A stretch of DNA of 64,000 bases from Cetorhinus maximus (GCF_964194155.1 NC_135903.1:10974001-11038000), one strand, 5' to 3'; shown: positions 12,301-26,383, numbered from the stretch's first letter. The notes: a model not told the origin generated them from the sequence alone. Numbers and translations are program-made.

Positions 12301-14134
12301 CCTAGCCAGCTTCTTGCAAGTATTTAAAAATATATTTTTACCACGGGAGGATTCTTTTGGAGATTCGGGATAATCACATTAACGAATGCTCAGTTGTTAA
12401 CCTCAGCCTATGACTTTCTCAATACTTACATGTTCACTAATGCTATCTTAATAGAGGCCACTGTTGTAAAAAAAGAAGCAGCGCTCCTGACAGCCCACTG
12501 CCTGTCACCATAACAGTCCAAACATTAAAACAAATGTTAGTCGAATAATTCCTGAGTCCAAAGAAATGAACAACTATTTATATTCAAATTAATCCCTTCC
12601 CGAATTGAACAACACATTTTGCTTCATCAATTTTATAGGATTAAATATTGACAAAAATATAGTTTAAAAGTGCATATAAACAATTCACCACTTGTTGTAA
12701 TTTTTCTTATTGCCTCCGCCATTGCTCGTCCTGCCGCTTGACTAATATCCAAGCCTCTTCAAACCCAACTTCTTTGCGCCAGCTGAATTATATCAATCAA
12801 GCTTTTTCATTCAAGCATCTAAATGAATTTGTTAAATGCAAAGTTAAATATTGTTAGTTTCCATTAATGAGTTACATTAAGAAAGTGGTTTTGTAAATTG
12901 GATAGCCGAACGATTTTTTACCTGTACAAATCCTCCGTTACCCAAATATTTTGTCAGTATTTGCTAATTTCACTAGTCGAAAATGATTTTGGAACTTCCA
13001 TTCAGAGTTTCTCCCTAGCTGCACGGCATAAATGCCTTTCTTGGCACTTATTTTCATGGAAAGGGCGTTTCCTAAAACAGATGGAAACGATAACAAGGGA
13101 AGACGTGGCTTTAACTTAACTTTAACTTGTGACAATTTATGTAGAATTTTAATACACTATAAATATTCACTCGTTCACTGTAGGTCAATGTTGCTTAAGG
13201 ATTGGTTCTCCGTTCCCCTTTGTTGTAAAGTAGTGTTGTGAGTAATTTAAAGTCACGCAGTTTAGTAATACAGAACAATATGTAACGTATCTTTAATATA
13301 ACCGTGAGCTTTAAAAAATCACAATGGGAACAAAAATACTTTGTTGGCTGGAAATGCAGTAGCTGGAACGAGAAACTATCTTAAATACAATTGGTTTTAA
13401 TCTTCCTCAATTGCGGACTTCTGTCCAAATTCAAATTTGAAGGAAATGTGACGGAATAGCTTCTCGCGGTTTGTGATGTGCATTTTCACCACAGTCTCTG
13501 CTGTATAATGTCTGCGGTTGTTACTCACAGAACGCACACATATTTCGTTCAATGGTACCAAAAACCTCGGGCTAATATTAGTAACTGAAATCTGGACGTT
13601 CCAAACCGCCAACCTCACCAGTTTCTTCTACCTATCAAAGGCAATATCACAAGAATTATCTGCTACATTGGTTGCATTTAACACTTCTTATGTTATAGGT
13701 TTAAGAAAATAACAGTAACAATAAGACTGGCGATTATGAGACCTGGTGTGAGAATTTGTCACCCGAGATAAGATTAATTAGGAAGCAAAATAGTCCCTTA
13801 AAAGATTGTCTTTTAAAGTTGATTACATTTGGTATTGTTAAGCATAGTTGCACAATATGTACATTATGTGCGGCACTGTTCGTTGTTTAATCCCAATTTC
13901 ACCTTTAAAAGTATTTAATACGGGGGAGGGGGCGATGTTAATTGTTTAACCCCCTTTGCGGATTGATTTACGTTTTATTGTCGCTTTGTCGGCCTCATGA
14001 AAACTTTAACCAATCGTTTCGCAGATAGCCCACAACATATTAGCTAACTCTACTTTGTTAGTTGAGAAGTTGAGAGAACAATTTCTCGTCTTACATATAA
14101 TTTCCCAATGAATCGAAGTGTATGATGTTTGATA

Positions 14135-14651
14135 ATGTCGATCTCTGGTGCTATTAGTAACTATTTTGTCGATTCACTTATAAGTCATGAAAGCGAGGGA
14201 TCGGCCGCAACAAAGTTTGCTTCGGGGCAGTATATAGTATCCAGACAGCCGGGGGTCCCCGAGCACCCCGAATTTCCTGCTTGTAATTTTCAACCGAAAT
14301 CTCCCGTGTTCGGTACCTCTTGGACCCCCGTGTACGCTCAGTCCTCTGCCAATGTCTCCACATTGTACCATCCATACGTGCAGTCTCACCCCATTCAGCC
14401 TGATAGCAGGTACATGCGGTCCTGGTTGGACTCGACCCCCAGGGCCGTCTCCGTACCCGGGATGCCTTCCAGCGGTCACGATTCATTGAAAACGGAGGTA
14501 CTCGCGGGTCACGGCGGCGAAACCCAACCAGCAGCGCTCCAAAAATTACATGGCGAGTATTTGGAGGGCGAAACCACTAGCTCCGGGAAAGCGCCGGGCT
14601 ATGAAGACAGTATATGTGAAGAGAAGGGAGACAAAGAGGCATCAGAACAAA
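14135..14651 (+). CDS. HOXB9: HoxB9 exon 1
   Basis: N-terminus MSISGAISNYFVDSLISHE and Hox9 activation-region motifs (CNFQPKSPVF, YHPY, RYMRSWL). Donor CAAA|GTAAGT. Confidence 0.95.
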
Positions 14652-15356
14652 GTAAGTTGCTTGGGAAATGTACTTGATTTATCTCAGAATCAAAGTAGTT
14701 TACGAACCTCACGCAAAAACGCGACTGAAATAAGGTTCCAATTAAAAGGCAGTTTGCTTCCAGTTTAGCCACAAGTATTTAACTGATTTTATATTGCTTG
14801 TTATTTTATACGCCTCCGTTCTGTTTTATGGGTAACACAAGCAACCACCTGCAAACCTTTAATGACGATTTTGCCAGTCTGTCTTCTACGAGGCAATAAA
14901 TAAATTAATGAATGAATAAAACGTATTCCCTCTTGTTATTTGAATTAATCTACTGAAGAATTGTGAACCAAAAAAAAAAAATGTGCGGCACACCATCTTT
15001 ATGTGAAGCCACAGAATAGGCAGAAATAAAGCAATTTGTACAATGCAATCGGGCCTTCCAGTTTTCTTCCTAAATGCATAAGTAATAATGAACAGCAAAA
15101 ATAAACCTAAACCAACCGAGGGCGCCCAACGGTTTCTAGTTTGGTAATACTCTTCACTGAGGGAAAAACGTTTAGGAGTATGACTACAGCACACACACTA
15201 TCTCAATTCTATCGACATCATTTTGAAAGTACCCCCCCCCCCCACCCCCCCCCCCCCTCCTATAACCATTGTAATGTTAAAAGTGCATTGAGAAAATATG
15301 ATCACAATATAAGTCTTATTCTGATCTGATTTTTTTTTTCCTCCGTTCATCTTCAG

Positions 15357-15598
15357 GCAATCCTTCTGCAAATTGGTTACACGCTCGGTCGACAAGGAAG
15401 AAAAGATGTCCTTACAGCAAGTATCAGACCCTAGAGTTGGAAAAGGAATTTCTGTTCAATATGTACCTCACCAGGGACCGGAGGCACGAAGTAGCTCGCC
15501 TTCTCAACCTGACTGAAAGACAAGTCAAAATCTGGTTTCAGAACAGGAGGATGAAGATGAAGAGACTCAGTAAGGAGCACGTAAAAGAGTTCGAGTGA
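15357..15598 (+). CDS. HOXB9: HoxB9 exon 2 (homeodomain); spliced protein 252 aa
   Basis: Polypyrimidine tract plus cttcag|. Encodes [79 protein letters not shown]; [13 protein letters not shown] is typical of HoxB9. Missed by the ORF track. Confidence 0.96.
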
Positions 15599-18500
15599 CT
15601 AGTTTTGAGTTTAAACTTTAGCGCGTAGCCGGTTTTTGCTGTCACTGCAATATACCCTCACTGTAGTTCTGAGAAAACCAACATGCTTCCACAGCACAGA
15701 ATGGCCAGAATGTAAGGTTTAAACATCCAGCAATTCGGCTATTTATTTCGAACATTTTAGTGCATTCATTCAGGGAATAGAGTCACGTGTAAAAGATTTT
15801 ATTGCAGGATATTAAGAGATACAACTTCCTCTCATTCTCATCCAGTATAACAGCCAGAGAGAGCAGCGAGCTTTTATTCCCGCCACCTTTTCTCTCTTCA
15901 CGGCTTAAAAAGAAACTTCGTGTTATTTATAAATTGCTGCAATTTCTGTGAATGCTTTGGCGTTGGCCTTTGCCGCGGGACCAGGATGGACCGCGTTCCA
16001 AAGCAACGCTTTGCAACAAGGACCCTTTTAACCTACGATTAAATATATATTTTTAATTTTTATTGTTCCCAATGATTTAACACTACTTTTTTTTTAATTG
16101 TTTACATGCAAAAACGAATGTTTATTATCCATTTCGAAGACATATTATATTGCGGTTGGTTTAAGTGCTGTTTTCCCGATTCCTTTATCTCTTTGATTTG
16201 AGAATTTGTTTGCTTCAATGGTATTGTGGCCACTGTTTAAACCGATTGTTGACCTACCTTAGGGTCTCTATTTCTGTAACCCTTAGTCTGTGTATTCCAG
16301 TGTGGGTCTGGCAGTTTTGTATTAATGTGCAGTACGATGCTCCTAAGGTTTAAATTAGTAGCACCTTTGTTAAGAGTTTGTACAACTAAGGGTAACTATT
16401 ACCACGTGGCTCGTTCTTAAAGTTGTTCTAATGTTGTAGTAAGCACGTTCAACTGTCGAAGCGAACATTTAACGATTCGTCGTATAGAATTTCATGACGC
16501 TTTAGAAATAAAACACTGTTTAGGGATAATATGGTGAATTATGATTGCCGAACAGGTTACATAAAAGGAGGATGACAACACGGATCAGCTCAGAGGAATA
16601 AATTTCAGAAACAATAACATTCCTGGTGGCAACTTGTTAAATATTTCTGTGTTCCTGTCTCTGTCCGATGTGGAACTGGTGTTTATATTCTTGTGTTTTG
16701 CAGGTTTTTGCAGATTTTACACTTAAGGTAAATGAACTAACTATTTTGCATTAAAAAATCCCAATTCTAGGTGACCTTCATTTTTAGTTATGTTTTCTGG
16801 AGCTATCCGACATCAGCAGCGCGCGGTTGCACTATTTTAATGTGATTTATTACTAATAATAATAATAAATTAAACCCATTGGATGATGTGAAATATTTTG
16901 AAACCACCCTTCTTTGTACACCTAACGCCGCAATCATTAGATGCAAATATGTGAATGTATTAAAAACGGCTGACAATAAAAAGCTGCTGAAAAATTTCCA
17001 AACGGATTTTCCCCGTGACCTTGCGTCTCCTGTTAAAGTCTTGCCTCATTCTTGGTTGTGAATGTGAACCTCTCTCTGTTGACTGATGCCTGAGAACCAG
17101 GCCCATTAAAACAAAGGAAATCGCTGTATTTATTAAATAAGCTCGATGAATAATTACAGACATTGAACAGACGTATTTAGGAACCTGAGCCTAAAGTCGA
17201 TTCCTAAAATCTGAACAAAACCAAATTATTTATCCGATAAACCACGAGACAATTTCTGGGGGTGAAGCCAGTGATCATATCGGACAAGGGACAAGAGGTA
17301 GTTCAGTATTTTAATCTCGTTTTCCCGATAAATCCTCTCTTAAGAGTGGACGCAATGGCGGGTCGTCAATAGAAAAGCACAGAGAGGCTGCATGCATGCA
17401 ACTACAGAGAAGAAGCATAAAACTAGGCAAACTGTCCCCGTAAATAATGTTAAATCAAAATGCCTCCGTTTTATGAAGTAATCTTAACCAGGGAGTCTCG
17501 CCGAATTTGACATATTCTTCAAGTTGTTGGTATGGATGCAAAATGCAGAAATTCGGACTTTATCCTCGGTCGACACCTAGTAAGTTGTTCACTTGTTTTC
17601 CATGTACTTATCATTAGAGGATTTGAAATATCCTGGGTTTTGTATTCTGTTGACCCATTCATTAACTCTGCATAAAATAAATTATAAACAAAACTCCTAA
17701 CCGCATTTATCTGATGGCTACTTTGCATATTTTATTGTCCAATGCATATCAGAAAGTGTGTGAGCTCATTTCTTCTTGCTTTGCACACGTTGATAAGCAT
17801 CGCAGCTTTGGAATAATATAAATTGCCATGGGGAATTCAAAAGCAGAATCTTCATGTCTTTCCACATGAAGGAGATTACATGTTCTAAAAGAACTCACAT
17901 ACACTATTAAGAAGAAAACATAACCTGTTGTCGATGTTCTGATACTTTACTTGCATTGTTCACTATCATAATCAATATGCTAATTAATATTCCTTCAGTC
18001 GACCTATTTAAGTTGAATTTTGAAACAAATGAGGCATCATTTCAGCACTCTTACTCTCTTTGAAAGGTTTAAGTCGACCAGCCTTTTTAGTAGGTAAAAA
18101 TACCTTATTATTAAAATCTTGTTATTCAATGTATATATACTCTGCCTGTCTGTCTATCTATCTATCTACATATGTATGCATATGTGTATCTTTATGCATA
18201 TACAAATATGGGTGTATACACACAGACATTATGGATGAAAATTGTAAGATGATTAAAATAAATGAACGCAGAAACCTATCAACCTATTTGCCAAGTATTC
18301 CATTGATATATGTGGCAAAAACCAAAATTAAAAAACGAAATCAAATATTACACAATCAACTAGAAGATATGTCATAAAAAATCTGCCCACAGACAACTAA
18401 TGGGGCATTTTAATGAAACGCCTTTAACTTAAACACATTCTAAACAAAAATAACATTCCTATGTGCAAATCTCTGCCAATAAGATGCCTATTTCAGCAAT

Positions 18501-18974
18501 TTTGAAATAAAGGTTGATCAGTTTCATCGGATGTCCATGGTAGATGGCATTTCTGTCCATTACACTCCTTGTTGCTATCTTATTGTTGACAACGCAACAA
18601 GGGATAATTGGACGGGAGGGAAGGGTGCTCGCCACATTAAAAGCCTGCTCTTTAGGTTAGTTCAGTGAAAGGGCTGCCATGGGTCTCTCATGTCCATATT
18701 AAAAAATAAATCCATGCTTAGGTATTTTAATATCTCCATATCAGGGAAAAAGGTTATGTGACCGTTTAAAAGAACTTCTACTGGGCTGGAATAAAATAAT
18801 TACTTTATCAGCGTGTCGTATGTTCGAACTAATATAATATCAGCTATTTTCAGTTCAACATTATTTTCCAAACACAAGAGACACGAACACTTTAAAGGAG
18901 AAGGCAGAAATGAGCCTAGCACGGTGGAGGAGGAGTTAGGAAGTTGTCTGTCATTATAGGAAATTCAGTGTGGT

Positions 18975-19305
18975 GTGCTGCAATAAAATAATATGACCGT
19001 TGTAAAAGTTTATAGGGTATAAATTTCTGAAGGTTAAGAATTGAACGTCTGTAAAACAAACACAGCAAAGGAAAAACTTTCAGAACCTATTAAATTAAAC
19101 TCACAACTGGAGGTGCCAAGCAATAAAAATATGGCTTTGTGTTTTGTTTCTGAAGGGAAATATATAGGAAACGGATTTGTTTAGGAAAATCGCGGTGAAT
19201 ATTGTGGTGTAACCAACATGCTTTTTCGACTCTAAAGAAAGCGACGCCCTCTTTTGTTCTACTTCCTAACCATTTCAGGCTGCCAGAAATTGCTGCAATA
19301 AAAAG
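18975..19305. promoter_or_regulatory. Cdx-site cluster / conserved enhancer between HoxB9 and HoxB8
   Basis: Three GCAATAAAA (18980, 19120, 19295) plus GTTTATAGGGTATAAATTTCTGAAGGTTAAG. Cdx-dependent Hoxb8 enhancers are known in this interval. Confidence 0.6.
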
Positions 19306-19726
19306 CTATACAGAGTCTGGCGAGACGTCTGGAGTAGGGTCTTTGGATGTGTTTACAACCCCGCGCCCATGCTTGGGACTTTATTCTAAAGCAGAATGCC
19401 CAATTGTTTAGACTCGGACTCGGAGACAATAGGGTTCTGAAAGCTTTCTTTCCCTCCCTTTTTTTCTTTTGCTTCTTCCCCTCCTTTACTGCCCTTCAGG
19501 AATTCAGGTTGTTAGCAATCCACTGCAGCACGGCACCAAGGATGTGGTTTATTGGTGCTGTCTCCGATTGTATTTGCCGATGGAATTGAAGAGCTTAAAC
19601 CTTCTTCCTTTGCCACGGTTTGGGTCTAATGAATTCTTTATAGTCAGATTTTATCGCCTATTGCGTATATTTGCTAATGCTTTTTCAGCCTGTTTTTCCT
19701 AAAGTCCGGAATAATTCGCCCTCATT

Positions 19727-19742
19727 CCAGTAGGTGGCAGCA
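19727..19742 (+). promoter_or_regulatory. CTCF site between HoxB9 and HoxB8
   Basis: CCAGTAGGTGGCAGCA, a perfect match to CCASYAGRKGGCRS. Confidence 0.8.
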
Positions 19743-22700
19743 TTGTTCCACCAAAACTCAGTCATGACGATTTTGCAGACATTAGTACAAGAACCTGGGA
19801 TTCAATAGATAACAACACTCATATAAAGGAGCATGCAACTCCCATTTCACTTTCCCCTGCCTCTCTTGCTTGATCCTCTTTAAATACAATGTATATACAT
19901 TTTAAACCCTACAAAGCTTTGCCCCAATTTTGCTCAGCATTTGGCTGCAAAATGTCCCTAATGTTAATTTGAAATTTATCTCTATGGTAATGTCTTCATC
20001 TGGGCGACGTTTTATGCAGTTTTATCATTTTCAAACTGCACTATAAGCCTGAGAAGACAGCAGAAAAGATACGTTCGTCCGTTTGCGGCAAGGTAGTCCA
20101 CATTATGGGACTAACGTCAATGCATAAAGACGGTCCTATTATAGAGAAATCACGAGGTTTGCTACACTCGGGAAATATATAAAATGTTAGGCATTCGCAC
20201 TTTTAAATGTACATTCACACAACTAAACATCTAACAAAGTGTGTGCGTGATTTGCAGTTGGATTTTTTAAAAGCATGCATGTATTGGGAAAATAATTTAT
20301 AGTACTTCTTGTTTATAGACATGTTATGTAGAAAAAATATCCGAAGTGGACATTTAAATCTCTGGATGCGTTGCTTCCAAATGAAGTTGCAAGCCCGTTA
20401 CATTTCTCACATCTCAGGGCACATACCTTTAGATTGAATCCATTCTCGACTGTTGTACAGATATTGATTATTGTTTGTGTGACTGTCTTCCTTTCAACAA
20501 ACCACACACACACATTTTCAGTATAATAGCCATCCGCATGGACATTTCCTCCAGACTAGCTCCCAGACCTTGCTGATTTATTCTTTCTCAGACTTTATTG
20601 ATTTCGTTTTTATTTGTTGCATGATTTTAAAACATGCACAATTTAGGTAACCACCCCTTTATCTGCTTGCCTCGGTATTTAAATCAAGCTTGAGTGCTTT
20701 TTCATACATAACCGAAAGGATGTATGGAGCTGCCTCATGTAATAGGATTTATACAGAACTGAACTGACTATAACATTATGTAAAAACAAAACTGGAATTT
20801 CGACCAAATGAAGGCAAGACTGTCCTTCAATAGGACTGTTCTTTCTCTGTCTCTGACCTTGTTTTTTTCTATTATAGTATTTCTCTTTGCCTCATTTTCT
20901 TACACTATTATATACTTTTCTAGATATCAGTTTGCCTTTAATTTCACTAAAAATAGAACTTAACACAAGGACACCGAATATAAAACATTTTTGGTATACT
21001 TTATTTTTGGCTCTTTAAAGCTTTCACATGATACTCCCAAGAACTAAAGACATAACTTTAGGTTACATAAAATAAATAAGATTACCGTTTTACAATTGCA
21101 ATCCTGCGTACTACGTGCGCACATGAATGAAGATGCTTGCGCGCGTCTACATCCCTTTATTTCCACCTATGTGCCTTTATGTATAGCACATTAGTAGGAA
21201 CATAACATGCCTGTGGTTTTAGATGTCAAATCTGACAAAGTTGGTAATGTTTTCACTTATGCACAGATGCCCGGCTTTCTATTAATTTTAGATTAAACTC
21301 CAGTGCGGTTCTTTGTGTCTGCTTAACGTATCAATAATATCTCAGCTGATTAAGTATAGATACACAGATACATAAATATATCCATAATACTTGTGCTACC
21401 CCATTTTCCATAATAGTCAACAGTTAGGGATGAATGAAAAATGAAATTAAAGCATCAGTATTAACACATATGATATCCTATCTCGCTGTGAGATAGGCTA
21501 TTTATCTGATATTTATCAGAAGAATAGACTCTGCTTAACTCTGCTTCGGCTGCAAGTATAGAAGAAATCTATAGAAACCCATTTGTGAACAGACTCGATG
21601 GAAGGAGCTTTATTTTCTGAATTAATTTGCAACTAACTCCATTAGAATGTGTATGTTTAAATGTGCCTACGTTCATGATAGGTACTTGGAATATCATATT
21701 ACGCATGTGTGTGTATGTGTTTGTCCGTGTATATGTGTGTGTGTACCTATATGCAGTGAGGAAGATTTATAGAAAGAGATTTTCAAATGCAATTCACAAA
21801 ATGTGAATGAATTTACAATTGAATTTAGGAAATATGTTTGAACGCTTTCGAACAAAATGGAACCACACCCATTAAACGAATCATATTGCCGATAAAGAGA
21901 TTAAACACATTGAAATACAAGGAAAAACAATATTGAATAAACAATGCAGAGCCACTTAAGGCACGTCATGGCCGTAATACCTAATAAAACAGCGATCACG
22001 TGGGCCCTTGCGGACCGGACAGCCGACAAGTTGTAGATATTGTTTACTTCTGTCGTCAGAAATCATTTTTTTCTAAAAACTTCAAAAAGACCTTCAGATA
22101 ATTAACCAGTTACAATGACGGCCGCTAGCTGATCACGTCCTAACAAAGCATTTGTCTGAAAACTTCACGATGTTTTAAAGAATCTGGTTGGTCTATGTTG
22201 CACCAATAGCACATTTTAATCAACTATTTTTTTTATATCACATTAAACCGTAGCAACTGTTCCGTTATATTTAGCGCTAATCGCGTTAAGGTCGAGGCAA
22301 ATTTCAACAGAATTTAAGCGGATATAGACCATGAAACTAAATACCATTCCTAAAAACGAAAGTAAAAGTTAATATTACGAACGGAACATTGTCCTTTAAT
22401 CTTGAGAAAACAAAGAAAATCAAATTAAAATATTTTAGACAGAGTCAGAGAAACTCCAGGTGCCGGTAGCCAGAGATGACAAAGTTTTCAAGAGAAAAAT
22501 TTCAATTCATTATTAAGCTATTGAGTTCATTCAGTCCTATTACGAACGGAATTTTTTCAGAAGGCCAATGCTACTTACAAAAAAAAACAAATCATTTACA
22601 AACATGAACGTTCGTAGAATGGAATCGGTTTTTTTTTATATTGATGAGGTATTTCACACCCCTCATCGCCCCTTTAAAAGGCATTCAATCGCCTTTTTAT

Positions 22701-24924
22701 CACAATTATCTTATTTGGGTTCATTTGACCAGTTGACCAAATTTCACAGGCTGCACGCGCATGAAGTTAATAACATTTTCTTATCATTGCTTTTCATTGT
22801 TTTACTACCTCCGCTGTACTCAGTAACTTTAGTGGATGATACTTTTACAACGTCGATGCGTTCTCGCCAGCTGAGGTATCCCATAATATTACAGAGTGGA
22901 ATGAAAATCTGCAGCCCAAGAATCACCAGTGTTTCTGCAACACGGAATTATTGACAGACTATGTAGGATGTTTTCTATACATATATATATGTATATACTA
23001 GAGATAGATCGAGGGACAGAGTGATGCATAGATCAACTAACAATAGGTAGGTAGAGAGACTGAATAATTGAAAGATGCACAATCAGTATAGGAATATGTA
23101 AAGTTACAATATTGTTCTATAGTACGTGTTAGTTGTGTTAATATTTGAATAGTCTCGCATTGTCGCTGATACCCGACAGTTTTATTTACACTTGGCGTTC
23201 TAACTTACTGACTAACTTTTTAACTGTGGCGAAGGCGTAAGCTCTGCTGATTTGGGTGAGACTTATGTTTAGATATGGGCATTCCGAGTGCTAACCCAAA
23301 ATAAGCCATTTGTAAATAATTGAAATGCGTGATTAGATTTAGTATGCTTCGGGAGACCTGCCAAGGTGAGACAGATCGATTGTAAATTATATTGACTACT
23401 CTTCACAAAATCAAAGTATCAAAGGAGACTGGTTCGGCATGACAATAGCCGATTCCTTATGACTTGGAGATAGGAAATGGCTTGTTTTCAATTGTCACCA
23501 ATAAACCATGAAGCTTAAAAATTATGCTGGTTTACCATAAATCATCATTATGGTGTTTCGTTAGTGGTTTAAAACTAAATGGTCAGATTGAAAATATGAT
23601 CAAAGGTTACAATTCTTTCCCTCAAGTTTCTACTCCATTTTAGAATGTAATGTCAACTCTTTGTCGACGATTTCAGCTATATATACGTATTATATATATA
23701 CAGCTTCATGCATATCTATCAAACCTATGTTAAAGAGAAAATATATTCGAAGCAAGTTCATGCGCGCCTTTAGCGAGCGTTGTGCTACCTTGCATGAACA
23801 TTTATTAGGAATGACTGCATTTGCTTTCACTAAGAAACCTCTGGTTTGGAAACCAAAACTCGTTTAATTGGATCAAATTTGTGGTATAACATGTCATCCA
23901 ATAACAAATAGACCATAATAGTTGTTTTGTATAAAAAGTGTTTCATATTTAAAATAGTAAGCGGGATAGAGTGCTCTCTTCAGAAAGCCTATATTTTACT
24001 GCTCCGCACAGAGCCTCTCGTAAAAGCTCTAACTGCCGTTCACTGCATGTTATAAACAATAACAGGCTGTGCTTTTATTACGCTTTATAGTTCCTTAATC
24101 TCTTTCCTATAGTTCTCAGATGACTGTTACTGTTCCATGGTCCGTCCAAGTACCAGATAAAAGGCTTTATTAATAATAGGAAAACGGGTCATTAAATTGT
24201 TAAATACCACCAGATTTCCCTCTTCCTTAAGATAAAACATTTTTTAAAAATCCCAAATAATTTGCGTTTGTCTACTCCTGGACTTGTCGCTACGCTGCGA
24301 TAACTTGGGAGGAAAAATAGCAATTAGATCCAAAGTTGATAGTAATTAGATTTTCGCTTTGGTATTGTACATGTCTTGTTGATGTAACTCTGACCTTTAA
24401 AAGAGACGCATATTCTCATTAAATGGTTTGGAAATTAACGTCTGAATGTCTATCCTTTACTTCAGAACAGCGTGGATACTTCCCCTTATCAATCTTTTGG
24501 TGGCGTATGTATTTCATCTGTTGTAAAGCGGCTGATATCCCGGTAATGAACATGGTTGAATATATTAATCCGCATATTCCCCCCTCTCTATCTTTCTCTC
24601 ATTCCCTCTCTCTCACCATTCCCTTTTCACGCGGTGCAGTGTCCGTACGGAGTAAGCGAAGCCAATAGGACGTGGTTGAGGTAATAAATGCAAATTATCA
24701 TGAAAAGAGACGGCAAAATATGAAACAACTCATTTGGGCTGAAGTAAATCACAGAAAACTGTTTATGAGTGAACCTCTTCACGAAGATGTGATACCAGGA
24801 CACTATTTGTTGAGATCAATAAGATGAAGGTTTAATTTTTTTAAAAAGATCTTGGCTTGTTTGTTTGTCTGATTAGCAAACACTAAGTTCCCTCGGTTGA
24901 GCAGAAAGATCCTGGTCTATCCCA

Positions 24925-25351
24925 ATGAGCTCCTACTTTGTGAATTCGCTGTTTTCCAAGTATAAAAGTGGGGAGACGCTGCGCCCCAATTATTATGACT
25001 GTGGGTTCGCCCAGGACCTGGGCGGTAGACCCACGGTAGTTTATGGACCCGGCACCGGTGGCAGCTTCCAACATCCCGGCCAGATCCCGGATTTTTACCA
25101 CCACGGCGCAGCTCCTCTCTCCACCTCCGCGTACCAACAAAACCCGTGTGCGGTGACGTGTCACGGGGATGCCGGCAGTTTCTACGGCTACGATGCCCTG
25201 CAAAGGCAGCCAATTTTCGCCGCCCAACAAGAGGCCGAACTGATCCAATATCCCGACTGCAAGTCGACGGCGAACAGCCTGGGAGAAGAAGCAGAGAATT
25301 CAGAACAGAGTTCATCTCCGACACAGCTGTTCCCGTGGATGAGACCACAAG
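24925..25351 (+). CDS. HOXB8: HoxB8 exon 1
   Basis: [42 protein letters not shown]...[10 protein letters not shown]. Donor CAAG|GTGAGG. Confidence 0.97.
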
Positions 25352-25734
25352 GTGAGGCTTTGGCATGGGCTAGCAAGAAATAAAGAGGGAGACAGAAAGG
25401 AGAAGGATAAAACACACGCACAAATGTATAAACATAGAAAAGTTCATTTCCTGAGCCAATAAAGGAAACGTTGAAACTTTAGTGTTTTATGATTCTAAAG
25501 TTCAGTACCTTGTAAATTACTTTATACTTTAATGATCCTGGAGCGGTTTTTTAAGTGTGGTATATTGCATGCTGTTTGTAGTTTTATTGCAGTTTTATGG
25601 CGTATTTTTCCTACGGTACTGAATACTGTTTAATAGTGCTTCAATCTTGTTTTAGAATCCTTCGTATAACAACTACAGAGCCTCATTGAGCTTTCTTTCT
25701 TGGTTCCTCCCTTTCTCTCCCATCTCATTCCTAG

Positions 25735-26018
25735 TAGCTGCAGGACGGCGCAGGGGAAGGCAAACATACAGTCGCTATCAGACACTAGAACTTGAAAAAG
25801 AATTTTTGTTCAATCCATACCTGACTCGCAAACGGCGGATCGAAGTGTCACACGCCCTGGGACTGACCGAGAGGCAGGTCAAAATTTGGTTCCAGAACAG
25901 AAGAATGAAATGGAAGAAGGAAAATAATAAAGACAAGTTTCCCAGCAGTAAATCCGAAATAGAAGAAACTCCAAAGGAGAAGGACGTGAAAGAAGACGAA
26001 GAAAAGGATCAACAATAA
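25735..26018 (+). CDS. HOXB8: HoxB8 exon 2 (homeodomain); spliced protein 236 aa
   Basis: [72 protein letters not shown]. Tandem TAGTAG acceptor, so the exon may start at 25738. Confidence 0.96.
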
Positions 26019-26383
26019 TAAAAAAAATAATTTAAAACACAAAACGTTAACCCGAGGGGAAATGAATAGAATAATGTAGACAGTTTTTAAATAGTGCGGG
26101 TGTGAGAAGCAGAACAAATTTTACTGATTACTGTTTGATAAACAATATTGTACGCAAATGTATGGAGGTGCAGATTAAAACGAGTATTCCAACTTTTTAC
26201 CAGATATATACATGTGATTGTGTAGCACTCTAGGTGTTTCAAGTGGATTATTGTACAAGTATTTAACGTGAAGTTCATAGATCAATGTTCTAGTGAGTGT
26301 GAGTGTGTGTTTTGAAATACTGCTGTAGGATATTGAAGCCGTGTGCACTACTTCAGCTAATAACCATTAGCTTAAAGAAAAAC

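Noticed and set aside
21475-21497. Short hairpins such as CCTATCTC/GAGATAGG (also about 23756-23799 and 54371-54395)
   Set aside because: Stems of 6-10 bp are expected by chance in 64 kb.
24883-25421. Long antisense and shifted ORFs over HoxB8 exon 1 (similarly over HoxB9, B7, B6, B4 and the homeoboxes)
   Set aside because: Expected shadow ORFs of GC-rich coding sequence; no recognisable domains.
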